A stretch of DNA of 64,000 nucleotides from Eledone cirrhosa (Eukaryota), in the NCBI GenBank assembly GCA_964016885.1, contig OZ024744.1:56296001-56360000 (forward strand), read 5' to 3'. Below, one piece after another: positions 27,409 to 38,080 of this stretch (position 1 is the stretch's first letter; each line of letters opens with the position of its first letter). Made by a program: the position numbers and the translations under genes. The notes under the pieces are model-generated. The model ran no database searches and had not been told where the DNA came from. It worked only from the letters and a program-made list of their open reading frames with translations.

Positions 27409-28891
27409 TATGTATGTACACACACACATATATATATATATGTATAAACACATATACATATACATACACATAAGAAAAAAAAAAGAAGAAAATCAATAAA
27501 ATGTTCTTTACTTGGTTCGAACCACTGAGGTTCTGGGTAGTTCAGCACATGAAATAATGCAAATAATGTGAGTGTGTGTGTGTGGGGGGTGTTAATGCAT
27601 GTGTGTGTGTGTGTGCATGTGTGTGAAAATGCATATGAGTGTATGCATGTGTGGCATTAAATGCTAAAGGACAATGTGTCATCTTTCAAGGGAGGCACCA
27701 GTACGTATAGGAGAAATATACAACAACAATACTGTTGAATATAATATCAGAAATGAAATAAAAGCATGATGTATATAAAATATCAGGGAAAAGGGATACT
27801 TCTCAGGGAAAAAAAATTAAATGTAAACCAAATATTAAAAAAAACATTAAATAAGACAACAGCCTTAAAAAAAAAAAAAAAAAAAAAAAAGAGACATTCT
27901 GCAAATCCAGATTATCATATTGGAAATATATAAAAAAAAAATGAAAAACAAAAACCGAAAATAAAACAACCATATTACAATTTGAAGAGCAGCACTTAAG
28001 ACGGAATCATTTTGGGACAGGTGTTGGACTTCAATGAAAGACAAATGCATTGACAAAAAAAAAAAAAAGAAAGAGGTGCAGTGACAGGAGGAGCTCACAG
28101 CACCCTGAAGGATCAAGGTGGTAGGTGGGTGGTGAGTGGTGAGAGGAAAAGTAATTTTAGGGACACCAACCCACTAATGTACCACCTTAATCAACAGGCA
28201 ATGATAGATAAATTTTGTGCTCCAACTTCATAAACCTGTGTCCAGGTGATAGGCGGGTGGGGTGTGTGAGGGGGGTGCTAAATAATGCCCCTACCACCCC
28301 ACTTTCCTCGCTACTCCTGTCAGTTGAAACAATTTTTTTTCTTCTCCACTTGCTTCCTGTCTTTCTCAAGTTACAAGTGAAGAAATATATATAAAATAAA
28401 AAATAAACAAAACAAAAAAATGAATATAATTGGTGAAAGACAATACCAATTCCATATCACACAAAGACAAAAACTTATAAAAAATACATATAAAATCATG
28501 TAGATATCACAAAGGCAAAAACAAAATATAAACAAAATACTAAAGACCGGGCAGGATGGGGGTGGGAGTGTTTTACCAAAGACATAAAAATGATAAAAAA
28601 ACAAAAAACAATGTAAATACCACATTTGTATACATCAATGTTTTAAGGCCATTCCCTGCAGGTGGGGGTCAGACTTATGGTTCCCCACAAAAGGTTTCAT
28701 GCTCATCATGGGCTCCCTTTTGAAGCAATATCTTAGATCTGGATGTTTTTCCTTGCACCATCCCTTTTAGTTGCCTCATAGGATATGACTTGTTAGGATT
28801 TGTATACAAGAAAAATAAAAGAAAAAACCCACCAAGTATCACATGGTTTATATCATAAATACATACACCACACACATTATATATATATATA

Positions 28892-28999
28892 AGTATGACC
28901 CCGACGGCAGAGCTCAAGCCGTTTCGACGGCTATTTCTGGACTAAAGTAAGAGTTTTTTTTTTCTGGTAAATAAATAGCCGAACTTTTCAAGGGGTACT
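28892..28999 (-). ncRNA. Type I hammerhead ribozyme, U3-A8 core variant, GUC site
   Basis: ACCCC UUGAAAA GUUCGGCUAUUU...AAAUAGCCGUC GAAACGGC-UUGAGCUCU-GCCGU C GGGGU. Confidence 0.8.
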
Positions 29000-29668
29000 T
29001 CCTTATATGGGAAGATTGTAGTTGTCAAGAGGATTGGTCAAAATTTGTAGCAGACACAGAAAAGTCTATTATGGGAGTGGGTGCAGGGTGGGGGTGGCTG
29101 AACTTGCCTGTAGAACAATAGAGGAGTGGGTAGAGCCGGTCAAGCCTTGAAGGTAAAATCTATACGGCAACTTCTAAGGAATGTGTATGAAAGTAGGCCA
29201 GAGGAGGTAGGCGAAAATAGGTTTCTTTAGAAAAAGGCGGAGGGACGTTATAGAATTGGTAAATAAGATGGGATTAGGGGACAATGAGATATGCGGAAGG
29301 AGATGTTTTTAACCAGATTATTGGTGATGTTTCTAGCAACTCATTCTATAGCATTGGCCGAAAAAGCAGAACCAACTAAATATAGCAGCTGTGTTAGACT
29401 CCTTAGTTTTTGTTTTATTTCACTTCTCACTTTCCAATCTTACATTCTGATACATCTTCCTCTCATTTTTTATTATATTTTTTCATTGTCCCCTAATCCC
29501 ATCTGATTTACGAATTCTATAACGTCCCTCCTCCTTTTTCTAAAGAAACCTATTTTCGCCTACCTCCTCTGGCCTACTTTCATACACATTTCTTAGAAGT
29601 TGCCGCATAGATTTCACCTTCAACGCTTGACCAATCCTCTTGACAACTACAATCTTCCCATATAAGGA

Positions 29669-29776
29669 AGTACCCCTTGAAAAGTTCGGCTATTTATTTA
29701 ACAGAAAAAAAAAACTCTTACTTTAGTCCAGAAATAGCCATCGAAACGGCTTGAGCTCTGCCGTAGGGGTCATACT
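29669..29776 (+). ncRNA. Type I hammerhead ribozyme, U3-A8 core variant, GUA site
   Basis: Stem I ACCCC/GGGGU, core UUGAAAA at 29677-29683, GAAA at 29743-29746, stem III ACGGC/GCCGU, predicted cut after A29765. Confidence 0.78.
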
Positions 29777-29862
29777 CTCTCCTATTACCCACTCTACTAC
29801 CCTAAGTATTGAGTACTCTGGTGCGTTATGGTCCATCTGGTTCCTTACCACAACTCCTTCGT

Positions 29863-29898
<36 letters not shown>

Positions 29899-30027
29899 TG
29901 TAAATGGGATGGACCATAATTAGCTTCCTGATTACAAAGAAACATAATAATAGGTGTGAGAGTGTGGTGTTTGCAAATGGGCAACATTTTGCATGTTTAA
30001 CGAGAGAGAGAGAGAGAGAGAGAGAGA

Positions 30028-30227
30028 NNNNNNNNNNNNNNNNNNNNNNNNNNNNNNNNNNNNNNNNNNNNNNNNNNNNNNNNNNNNNNNNNNNNNNNNN
30101 NNNNNNNNNNNNNNNNNNNNNNNNNNNNNNNNNNNNNNNNNNNNNNNNNNNNNNNNNNNNNNNNNNNNNNNNNNNNNNNNNNNNNNNNNNNNNNNNNNNN
30201 NNNNNNNNNNNNNNNNNNNNNNNNNNN
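30028..30227. other. Assembly gap (200 N)
   Basis: Run of N following (GA)n. Confidence 1.
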
Positions 30228-30254
30228 CTTTTTTTAAATTTTTTAACTCATTTG

Positions 30255-30710
30255 TTGTTACAGTTGTATAAAAAGTATAATAACATAATGGTTACAGAAG
30301 GCAAAGACCAACAAATATAATATAGGCAGATGAAAGGGGTGGACAAATGAGCCACTACCAGAGCAAAAGATAACAATATAGCAAGGAGCACTGGGAAAAC
30401 TCTCTAATAATTTTGAGGCAAGCCAGCACACTTGCAGTGCTACCTTGGGTGATTGGGGGGCGAGGTGAGGTGGTGGAACAACCAAGTGCCCTCATGAGCA
30501 ATCACCAGTTATCTTGGTTAGCTGAGCCGCCAGTGAAGATAAGAACCTTGCTGTCAGTAGCCCAACTCCCCTAGATGCCAGATAAGGCATCTGCCTCTTT
30601 ACCAGGGACACAGGCTAAGACCTTCAGGTCTTTTCCTATCAATTCTGGGACAACCAGACAGTTCTAAAATTGAAGGGATGCTTGCCCAGGCCAAGCTCTT
30701 AAGTGGTAAT
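30255..30710 (-). mobile_element. CRE-like RLE non-LTR retrotransposon relic
   Basis: Minus strand reads RIDRKRPEGLSLCPW*RGRCLIW (KRPDG..L.PW..G..L.WD motif); related 3' end at about 35160-35400. Confidence 0.6.
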
Positions 30711-30899
30711 AGGACAGTGTGTGTATGTGCGCGCGTGAGTTTGTCAGTGTTCTTAAATTTGAGATGTGTGTGTCACTGTTTTTAAGTTAGAGACATATAT
30801 GTGTGTATCCCCTTCCTTCCTTTTTCACACACATACATTCACGCAGACACACATACACATTGTGTGATGGACGGACTAGACAGAAATCCCTCAAATTTA

Positions 30900-31548
30900 T
30901 ATACATGTGAATGGAGTTCTACTGAAGCAGGTAGAGAAGTTCAAGTATCTCAGGTCCGTGTTCATGAGTGATGGACGGCAGGGAGGCTGAATTAAGTGCA
31001 AGAATTGCAAAAGCTGATGCAGTAATGTGCCAGCTTCAGCATTCAGCAATCAGAAGAAGGGAGGTAGGTGTAAAAGCCAAACTCGCTGTCTTCCTGGTAT
31101 TCCTGCCAACCCCTTACCGAGGAGTCATGAATCTTGGGTAATGACCGAAAGAATACAATTACAAATACAAGCGGCAGAAATGGGATTCCTCCAAAGGGTC
31201 TTTGGAGTAACGTTACTGGATAAAGTGCATAACTTGGAGATCAGAGAGTCAACTCCTGGCAAAGCTGCTATTTCTTCTCGAATGAGAGATCACTCTGGGC
31301 ATGTGGTTAGAATGTCTCAGTAAAGAATCGCTGGACAGATTTTACAAGCAAGACCAACCAGCAAGAGACCCAGAGGCAGACCCTGTGCAAGATAGTTGGA
31401 TAACATCCATGAGCTTGGCTGGTCACGCTTTGGGATCCAGCTGGATCAATTAGAGATGTTTGCTACTGAGAGACTCGCTGGAAGGAGTGTTTGAGAAGTT
31501 TTCTGCCCCTCATGACCCTCTCAGAAATAAGTGGGTGAAGAAGAAGAT
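30900..31548 (+). mobile_element. RTE family 2 3' fragment
   Basis: LKQVEKFKYL, ESWVMTERIQLQIQAAEMGFLQRVFG and GHVVRM motifs; (GAA)n end. Confidence 0.85.
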
Positions 31549-31757
31549 AATGTCCAATTTACTTTTCAATTGACATAATATCTATATGCATGTATATTGT
31601 TTTGCAAGGTTTTGATATGAAATTGTGTATTGAAACAAATATTGTTATATTTGAAGAGGGTCATATTGTTATAATATTGCCAGAAATAATAATAAAACAC
31701 ACTCACTGTGGTTTGGATTGGTTTTTGCTTCTGTATATTTTATATATCCATAGTTAA

Positions 31758-32345
31758 TCATCATCATCACCGTTTTACGTCCGTTCTTCCACGCTAGCAT
31801 GGGTTAGACGGGTTGTCCTGTTGTGGGCAGTGTCTGGTCGGCTGACCATGCCTTGCTCATACAGGAACTGATCTGGCTTGATTTCTACAGCTGGATGCCC
31901 TTCCTAACACCAACCTCATTTACAGTGAGTGCTGGGTGCTTTTTCGTGGCGCCTACACGTCCACTTTACAGTGTGGGCTGGGTGCTTTTTTGCCGTGGCA
32001 CCTCCACGGCCACCTTGCGGTGGAGGGGGGGGGGCATATTGTTTATATGCTTCAGCATGTACCCATGGGAGGTCGGGTACCCTGTATTACTGCGTGACGC
32101 CAGAAGTCACGGTCGTGTGTCATTGACTTTGAGAGGTGTAGTTGGGTAAGGTCGGCTTTTATCACCTCATCCCAAGTCATCTTGGGTCTCCCCACTCCGC
32201 GGTTTCCATCAACTTCTAGTACTCTGCACCTTTTTATGCAGCTGTCATCCTTCATACGCATCACATGTCCATACCAGCGTAACCGCCTCTCCTGCACGCA
32301 GCATTTGATTCCTCTTATGCTCAGTCTCTCTCTCAATTCCTTTAT
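31758..32345 (-). mobile_element. RTE family 1 3' fragment
   Basis: ORF 32052-32369 (RLRWYGHVMRM...GRPKMTW), 3' UTR and (TGA)n tail. Confidence 0.9.
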
Positions 32346-32481
32346 GCTTTTAATATAGCTGACAATCAATGTTTATCAATTTGATGACCAACGGTTAAAA
32401 ATATATATATAAATATATATATAGTCTATCAAAGTTCTTTGAAAATGGAATAGACATTACAATATAATGGGAGGAAACATA

Positions 32482-32535
32482 ATAGTAGCACTGATGATGT
32501 CACAGATGTGTGATGAAAGAACTTTGATAGACTAT
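32482..32535 (+). ncRNA. Putative minimal hammerhead ribozyme (family F1)
   Basis: AUAGUAGCA CUGAUGA U-GUCACA-GAUG-UGUGAU GAAA GAACUU UGAUAGACUAU; clear core and stem II, minimal stem III. Confidence 0.55.
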
Positions 32536-33597
32536 ATATATATATATATATATATATTTTTTAACCGTTGGTCAATCAATGATAAACATTGATTGCCAAC
32601 TAAATTAACTATGGAGATATAAAATACATAGAAGCGAAAACCAATCCAAAACAAACAGTGAGTGTGTTTTATTATTATTTCTGGCAATATTATAACAATA
32701 TGACTCTCCCTAAATATAACAAAATCTGCATATATATTTGCATATAATACCTATATGCACACTACACATACCAGCAGAAAACTGCCCGAAGGGCGGTTTT
32801 TCTGCTAGTAATAGTAATACACATGTACATTATATATACTTAAGCAAATTGTAACGCTGGTTTTGAATCATAGCCATTTTGAACCAACTGCTACATGTGA
32901 AACAGCCCTGACTTTTACTTTCCCTAATTTCTCTACACCTTTACATTCACGCATTCAATCTGTCTCTCTCTAAAAGAGTTTATACTATACATCTTGCTTA
33001 CAAGTTCAACTACATCTAAACATATTTACCTTCCATCAAAATACCTTGCTTTTCTCTTAACTTTCTACTGTAATGTAATGTTAGCAATAACATTATGTTT
33101 GCTATATATAACTTTGAAGTGTGAACTCTATATTTCTGATGTGCTATTATTTCATCACATAGATTTGTTGTGGTTCATAGCCCCACAACAAGGCCAGCAA
33201 TTTAAAGAAAAGGGGAAAGTCAACTAAATCGACACCAGTGCATTACTGGTACTTTATTTTAGTGACCCTGTAAGAATGAAAAGCAAAGCTAAACTTGGCG
33301 GGATTTGAGCTCAGAAAGTAAAGAGCCATAACTAAATACTGTAAAGCATCTTGTCCGACGCTCTACCAATTCTGCCAATCCACCGTAATAATTAGCAGTC
33401 TTGTTTTTCATGTTGGTCACTATTCATCTCAGTACCATTGTATTTTGGAAATTACTCCCCCAACATTGATCACATCATTCACATCATCTTTATTCACCCA
33501 AACAAACTTTTCTACTAAACTCTTGATGCTTAGTTATTTCCGTACCTTAGCCTCACTGTGACCTGTAGCATGGTTTGTTTTAAAAAAAATGTTTTAA

Positions 33598-33807
33598 CCC
33601 TTTAGCATCTAAACTGGTCATATCTGGCCAGATTTCTCTCTTCAAATCAGCTGTAACCGGCCACTCATATTGATGTTAAGGTATTGTTCTCAAAATAAAT
33701 AATATCAAAATTTCATAGATTTGGTATCATGTGGGATAATTATGTGCGATAAAGCCTTTACCATGAAAATACAATAGTAAATATAGAGTAATGTAAATAC
33801 TAAAGGG
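33598..33807. mobile_element. piggyBac-type MITE, 210 bp
   Basis: TTAA TSD at 33594-33597 and 33808-33811; TIR CCCTTTAG / CTAAAGGG. Confidence 0.85.
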
Positions 33808-33874
33808 TTAAAGGAAACACCAACAATCCCTGTTATAACATGTAATATATATAACATAAATCATTTAATGTATT

Positions 33875-34115
33875 ATAAAAAATCCAAGTGTCTTTTGTGG
33901 CTATGAAAACAGAAAAGAAGGGAAAGGCTCTATGGTCACAGAAGAATGGGGAGAGGGAAGGAGGAGGGTGACAGGCTCTGGGCCTAGGGTGCGGCAGTGT
34001 TGGGGCTGCACCCTCGTGGACAAGACTGCAAAAGCATTTCTGTCGACAATAGCCAACGACACCTGCTGCAACAGCCACTCCACCCCGCAGGGCTCCTGCC
34101 TCACATGCCCTGCTG
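33875..34115 (-). mobile_element. CRE-like retrotransposon 3' end
   Basis: EPCGVEWLLQQVSLAIVDRNAFAVLST resembles the CRE C-terminal WL.QR.SLA..RGNA..L motif. Confidence 0.6.
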
Positions 34116-34614
34116 TAATTGAGTCTACGTGTATTTTTTTTTTCGTTCTTTCTTTTTTTCTTTGATTAATTTCTATTGAGTTGATTCTTTTGTTAATTAT
34201 ATTCATTATATAAATTGTGTGTAAATAAGATTAATTATCTTGTTGTTTAATTGCAAGTCAACACCGATCCAACAGACTTATTTATCTAAAGGTGTTATAT
34301 TGTGTTGTTGTTATTGTTGTTGTTGTTCTTATCTAACCTCAAGGACTTTCTAATAGAACAGCTCAAGGATCAAAGGTATTCCAAAACCATGACAATCCTG
34401 TCTTTCTTTTCAAGGCATACTACATTATCCAATGTGTTCTTCCGTATTATTCTAACAATGTATCTAGGACTACAATGTCCAAAGTGTTCTACCCTTTAAA
34501 AAAAAAAAAAAGAGTCAGTAGGGTGAGATCTGAGAAAGATTTGTGTTGATATTTCTAGCAGATTGAGAGACCAGGTAGAGGATCCAAATCTTCAAAGAGG
34601 GGAGGTAACCCCCC

Positions 34615-35120
34615 TCTTCTTCTTCTTCTTCTTCTTCTTCTTCTTCTTCTTCTTCTTCTTCTTCTTCTTCTTCTTCTTCTTCTTCTTCTTCTTCTTCTTC
34701 TTCTTCTTCTTCTTCTTCTTCTTCTTCTTCTTCTTCTTCTTCTTCTTCTTCTTCTTCAAGAAAGGTTCATGGGGACAGAGTCCTCAAGTACTCCTTCCAG
34801 TGGGCCATGTCAGAGTCAACCATTTCCAATTGATTCAACTGAATCCCCAAAAGAGACCAGCCAAGCTCATGGATGATATACAACCATCTTGCTCATGGTC
34901 TACTCCTTGGTCTCTTGTTGGTTGGTTTTACTTGTAAAATCTGCCTGACAATTCTTTCCTGAGACATTCTAACCAAATGTCTGTAATATCAGAGCTGTGA
35001 TTTATCAATTTGGAGAAGTAGTGACTTTATCTGGAGTGATTCTGATCTCCAAGCTACATACTCTATTGAGTAATGTTACTTCAAAGATCATTTAAGGCAA
35101 CTCCGTTTGGGTTACTTGTA
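34615..35120 (-). mobile_element. RTE family 2 3' fragment with long (AAG)n tail
   Basis: (CTT)n at 34615-34757, then the reverse complement of family 2 sequence (CCAGCCAAGCTCATGGATG). Confidence 0.75.
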
Positions 35121-36277
35121 TTCACGATGATGTTATTTTATTTTCATTATGTAACAAATACAATTTATAAAAGAAATAAATCAATGAACATTTATCAGAG
35201 GTAAAAAAAAAGAAAGATATGTACACCGAATTACACTGTACAACAAGGAATTCTGGTGTTTCCCTCTAAAATCTTTAAAGTTATTACTGTAAGTAAAAGT
35301 GAGGCTAAGGCACTGGAATAGTTAAGCACCCTCATGAGTATCACCAGCATTTCAGTAAGGTGAGCTGACAACAATGACAAAACGATTGTGGTCAGTATCC
35401 TAGTATATCATCATCATCATCATCACCATTTTATGTCCATCCTTCCACGTTAGCATGGGTTAGACGGGTTGTCCTGTTGTGGGCAATGCCAAGTCGGGTG
35501 ACCTTGTCTAGCTCATGCTGGAACTGATTCTGGCATGATTTCTACAGCTGGATGCTCTTCCTAACACCAACCTCATTTACAGTGTGGACTGGGAGCTTTT
35601 TACCGTGTTACCTACATGGCCACATTACAGCATGGTCTGTATGTTTTTTTGTCGTGACACCTACACAATCTCATTAGTTTGGACTGGATGTTGTGGTACC
35701 AACATAACTTTACAGAGAAAGGTGGGGTTGGCAGGAGTGGGAGGATGGAGTAGGGGTAGTGGCTTGGGGTGCACGTTTAGTTTGGAGGGGCCTACTGATT
35801 GTAGGTTAACTTTGCAGGTATAGAAGGCGGGTCTTCTGTATTACTGCGTGGCAGGAAAGATCTCGATCCAGTGACACATTCTTAGAGAGGTGCAAGTGTG
35901 TAAGGTCGGATTTTATCATGTCGTGCCAGGTATTTCTGGGTCTACCTACTCCGTAATTTCCATCAAATTTGATCGCCCTGCACTTTTTTATACAGCTGTC
36001 GTTTTTCATGCACACCGCATGACCATACCAACGTAATCTTCTCTCAAGTAAACAGCATCTGATCCCTCTTATTCCTAATTTCTCACTTAGTTCATTTATG
36101 TTTTGCCGTTTGTGTATATTACTATTACACATCCAACGGAGCATGCATGCTTCATTCCTTTCCAGTCTGCACAGGTCCTCTGCACACAATGTCCATGTAA
36201 CTGCCATGTAACATTGCTGTTCGTATACAAGCATTATACAATCTGCCTTTCATTTTCAGAGAGAAACCTTTTGTGGC

Positions 36278-36753
36278 TGTAGTGATCCCTAACGGTGGAA
36301 CCCAGAACTCATTAGAGTTAAGTCCCTTTGGGATGGTAGTGATCCCTAGTGTCACCTACAAGAAGTAATCGGAGTTACGTCCCCATTGGGACTATATATA
36401 TTGAGACCGCCAGGGCATTCTCTCTCTCTTTCGCTCCTTCTTCACGCTGATTAGCGATGTAGCAGCCCTGGAGATCGGAGCCGATTTCACCCACGACACG
36501 TGTGGAGGCAAATACCAAACTACTCCAGTGAACACGTTAAGAGCCTTCTCTCTCCAAGAACAAACTCCAGCACATACTTTGGTCTCAATCCACTCAGCTA
36601 CCTGAAACATCAACAACCTCTGTATCTCCGCTAACTTATATATTGTTCTCTTTTGACTTCCACGAAGTAAACCTATCTACAAACAAAGTAAATCAGCCTT
36701 TCATGTTATTTCTAAAACAGTATTAAATATATGTTTAATACTAATCTTCTAAA
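36278..36753 (+). repeat. 5' LTR (TGTAG...CTAAA)
   Basis: Direct repeat of 41353-41828 with 4 differences found by eye. Confidence 0.97.
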
Positions 36754-36754
36754 G

Positions 36755-36766
36755 TGGTGACCCCGA
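36755..36766 (+). promoter_or_regulatory. Primer binding site complementary to tRNA-Trp
   Basis: TGGTGACCCCGA, 1 nt after the LTR; matches the tRNA-Trp PBS known from ALV/RSV and CsRn1 elements. Confidence 0.9.
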
Positions 36767-37306
36767 AAAAAATAATAGGAAGTTGTATTATATGTATATA
36801 AAAAATACAAAAAACATTTAATACAGAACAACGCGTTTTTATTCTGATATGGCTGTATTTACTAATATCAACAACTTTCTCTGTAACATTTAATTACCAA
36901 GTTCCTCATCTGTGTTGTACGAAGCTCTCAAATTATTTACACAAAAACAAAAAAAAAAATGCTGCTAGCTTCCTAGCAAAAAGAACAATTGCTTAAATTT
37001 ATTTTCTTTCTTCTTTCCATGCTATAATTTTTGAAGATGTCAAGATGACACCTTTCTTCTTCATAAAAAGTTTTTTTGGCGCGAAACTGTCCGCCATATT
37101 GGTTTTCGTTTTAGGTTTGCCGCAAATGTATTATTAATGCCATTGCTCGATTAGTCGCTCCCTTACATGTTATCTCGGATGCATTCTTTTTCCTGTCCGG
37201 TTGTTTGACAGAGAAAAACAAGTGCATTTCTTTCCTTTTTTTTCCCTCGGTCCGAAATATTTTTCTATACGGAGACACATTGTGGCCGCTTAGTGAGATT
37301 GAACCA

Positions 37307-38080
37307 ATGGCATCTCATTCTGTTCTCCCTACTTAGGCGGGCGATGTAAGGTTATGGTTCACTCAAATGGAAGCATTTTTCGAGGCCAACAAAATCGATG
37401 AGGCACAGCAATGTCCACTCGTCCTTAGTGAAATTCCGCCAGCACTTATCCCAGCGATTAAGGATCTCGTATTGGAGACACCCTCTGACGCAACTTACAA
37501 GTCATTGAAGTCCGAAATACTCAGCCGGACTGCACAGTCTGCCGAGAAACGATTTAGAGTTTTGGTCAATTTGGAGCATATCGGTGATGGCACTCCATAG
37601 AACCTCTTACAGAGAATAAAAGACCTAACGGAAGGCTTGATAGCGGAAACTGCGATTTTGAAGCAGTTGTTTTTCTTGCGTTTACCGACCAATGTCCAGG
37701 CAATTTTGGCTCCCATTCGGGATACATGCTCAGTCGACCAACTTGCCACTTCGGCGGATAAGGTTTTTGAGGTCACGGGCGCTGGAGGAAGCGAGGCCCT
37801 TGCCGCTTTTTATCACCCAGCTCAGGCCACACCTGGCCATGCCATCTGTGCAGCTACTCATACTGACAGCGCAGCTATAATGGCTATGCAGAAAGCCATT
37901 CAGGAACTCACCCTGGAGTACAGAAGCTGAAGGCCTCTAGCGGTGCTCGTTCGTGCTCGCGCAGCCGCGGTAGATTTTACTCTTTTAGACACCGCCCCAG
38001 GTCACCAGCTTCATCTTTATGTCCGTACCACGAGCGTTTTGCCGAGAATTCGAACCATTGTGTGCAACCTTGTTCGTTTC
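37307..38080 (+). pseudogene. gag: Gag, disrupted
   Basis: MASHSVLPT*AGDVRLWFTQMEAFF...; stops at 37334 and 37598; probable 1-bp deletion near 37919; RS-rich tract; C-x2-H-x9-C-x3-C ([18 protein letters not shown]). Confidence 0.88.

Larger units (their letters stand above)
28892..29862. mobile_element. Penelope-like element remnant with long inverted pseudo-LTRs, inserted in (TA)n
   Basis: 28892-29290 is inverted relative to 29482-29776. The right arm lacks about 100 bp between GGTCAA microhomologies and carries an ~85-bp tail. Each arm holds a full hammerhead. Confidence 0.75.
31590..32725. mobile_element. Fold-back Penelope-like derivative (family F1), left arm interrupted by an RTE fragment
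   Basis: 31645-31757 plus 32350-32440 is the inverse of 32515-32722. Confidence 0.7.

Noticed and set aside
29904-30320. ORFs spanning the N run
   Set aside because: Artefact of the assembly gap; adjacency across the gap is unverified.
36392-36616. Identical 74-aa ORF duplicated at 41467-41691
   Set aside because: Antisense reading of the two LTRs; the duplication is explained by LTR identity.
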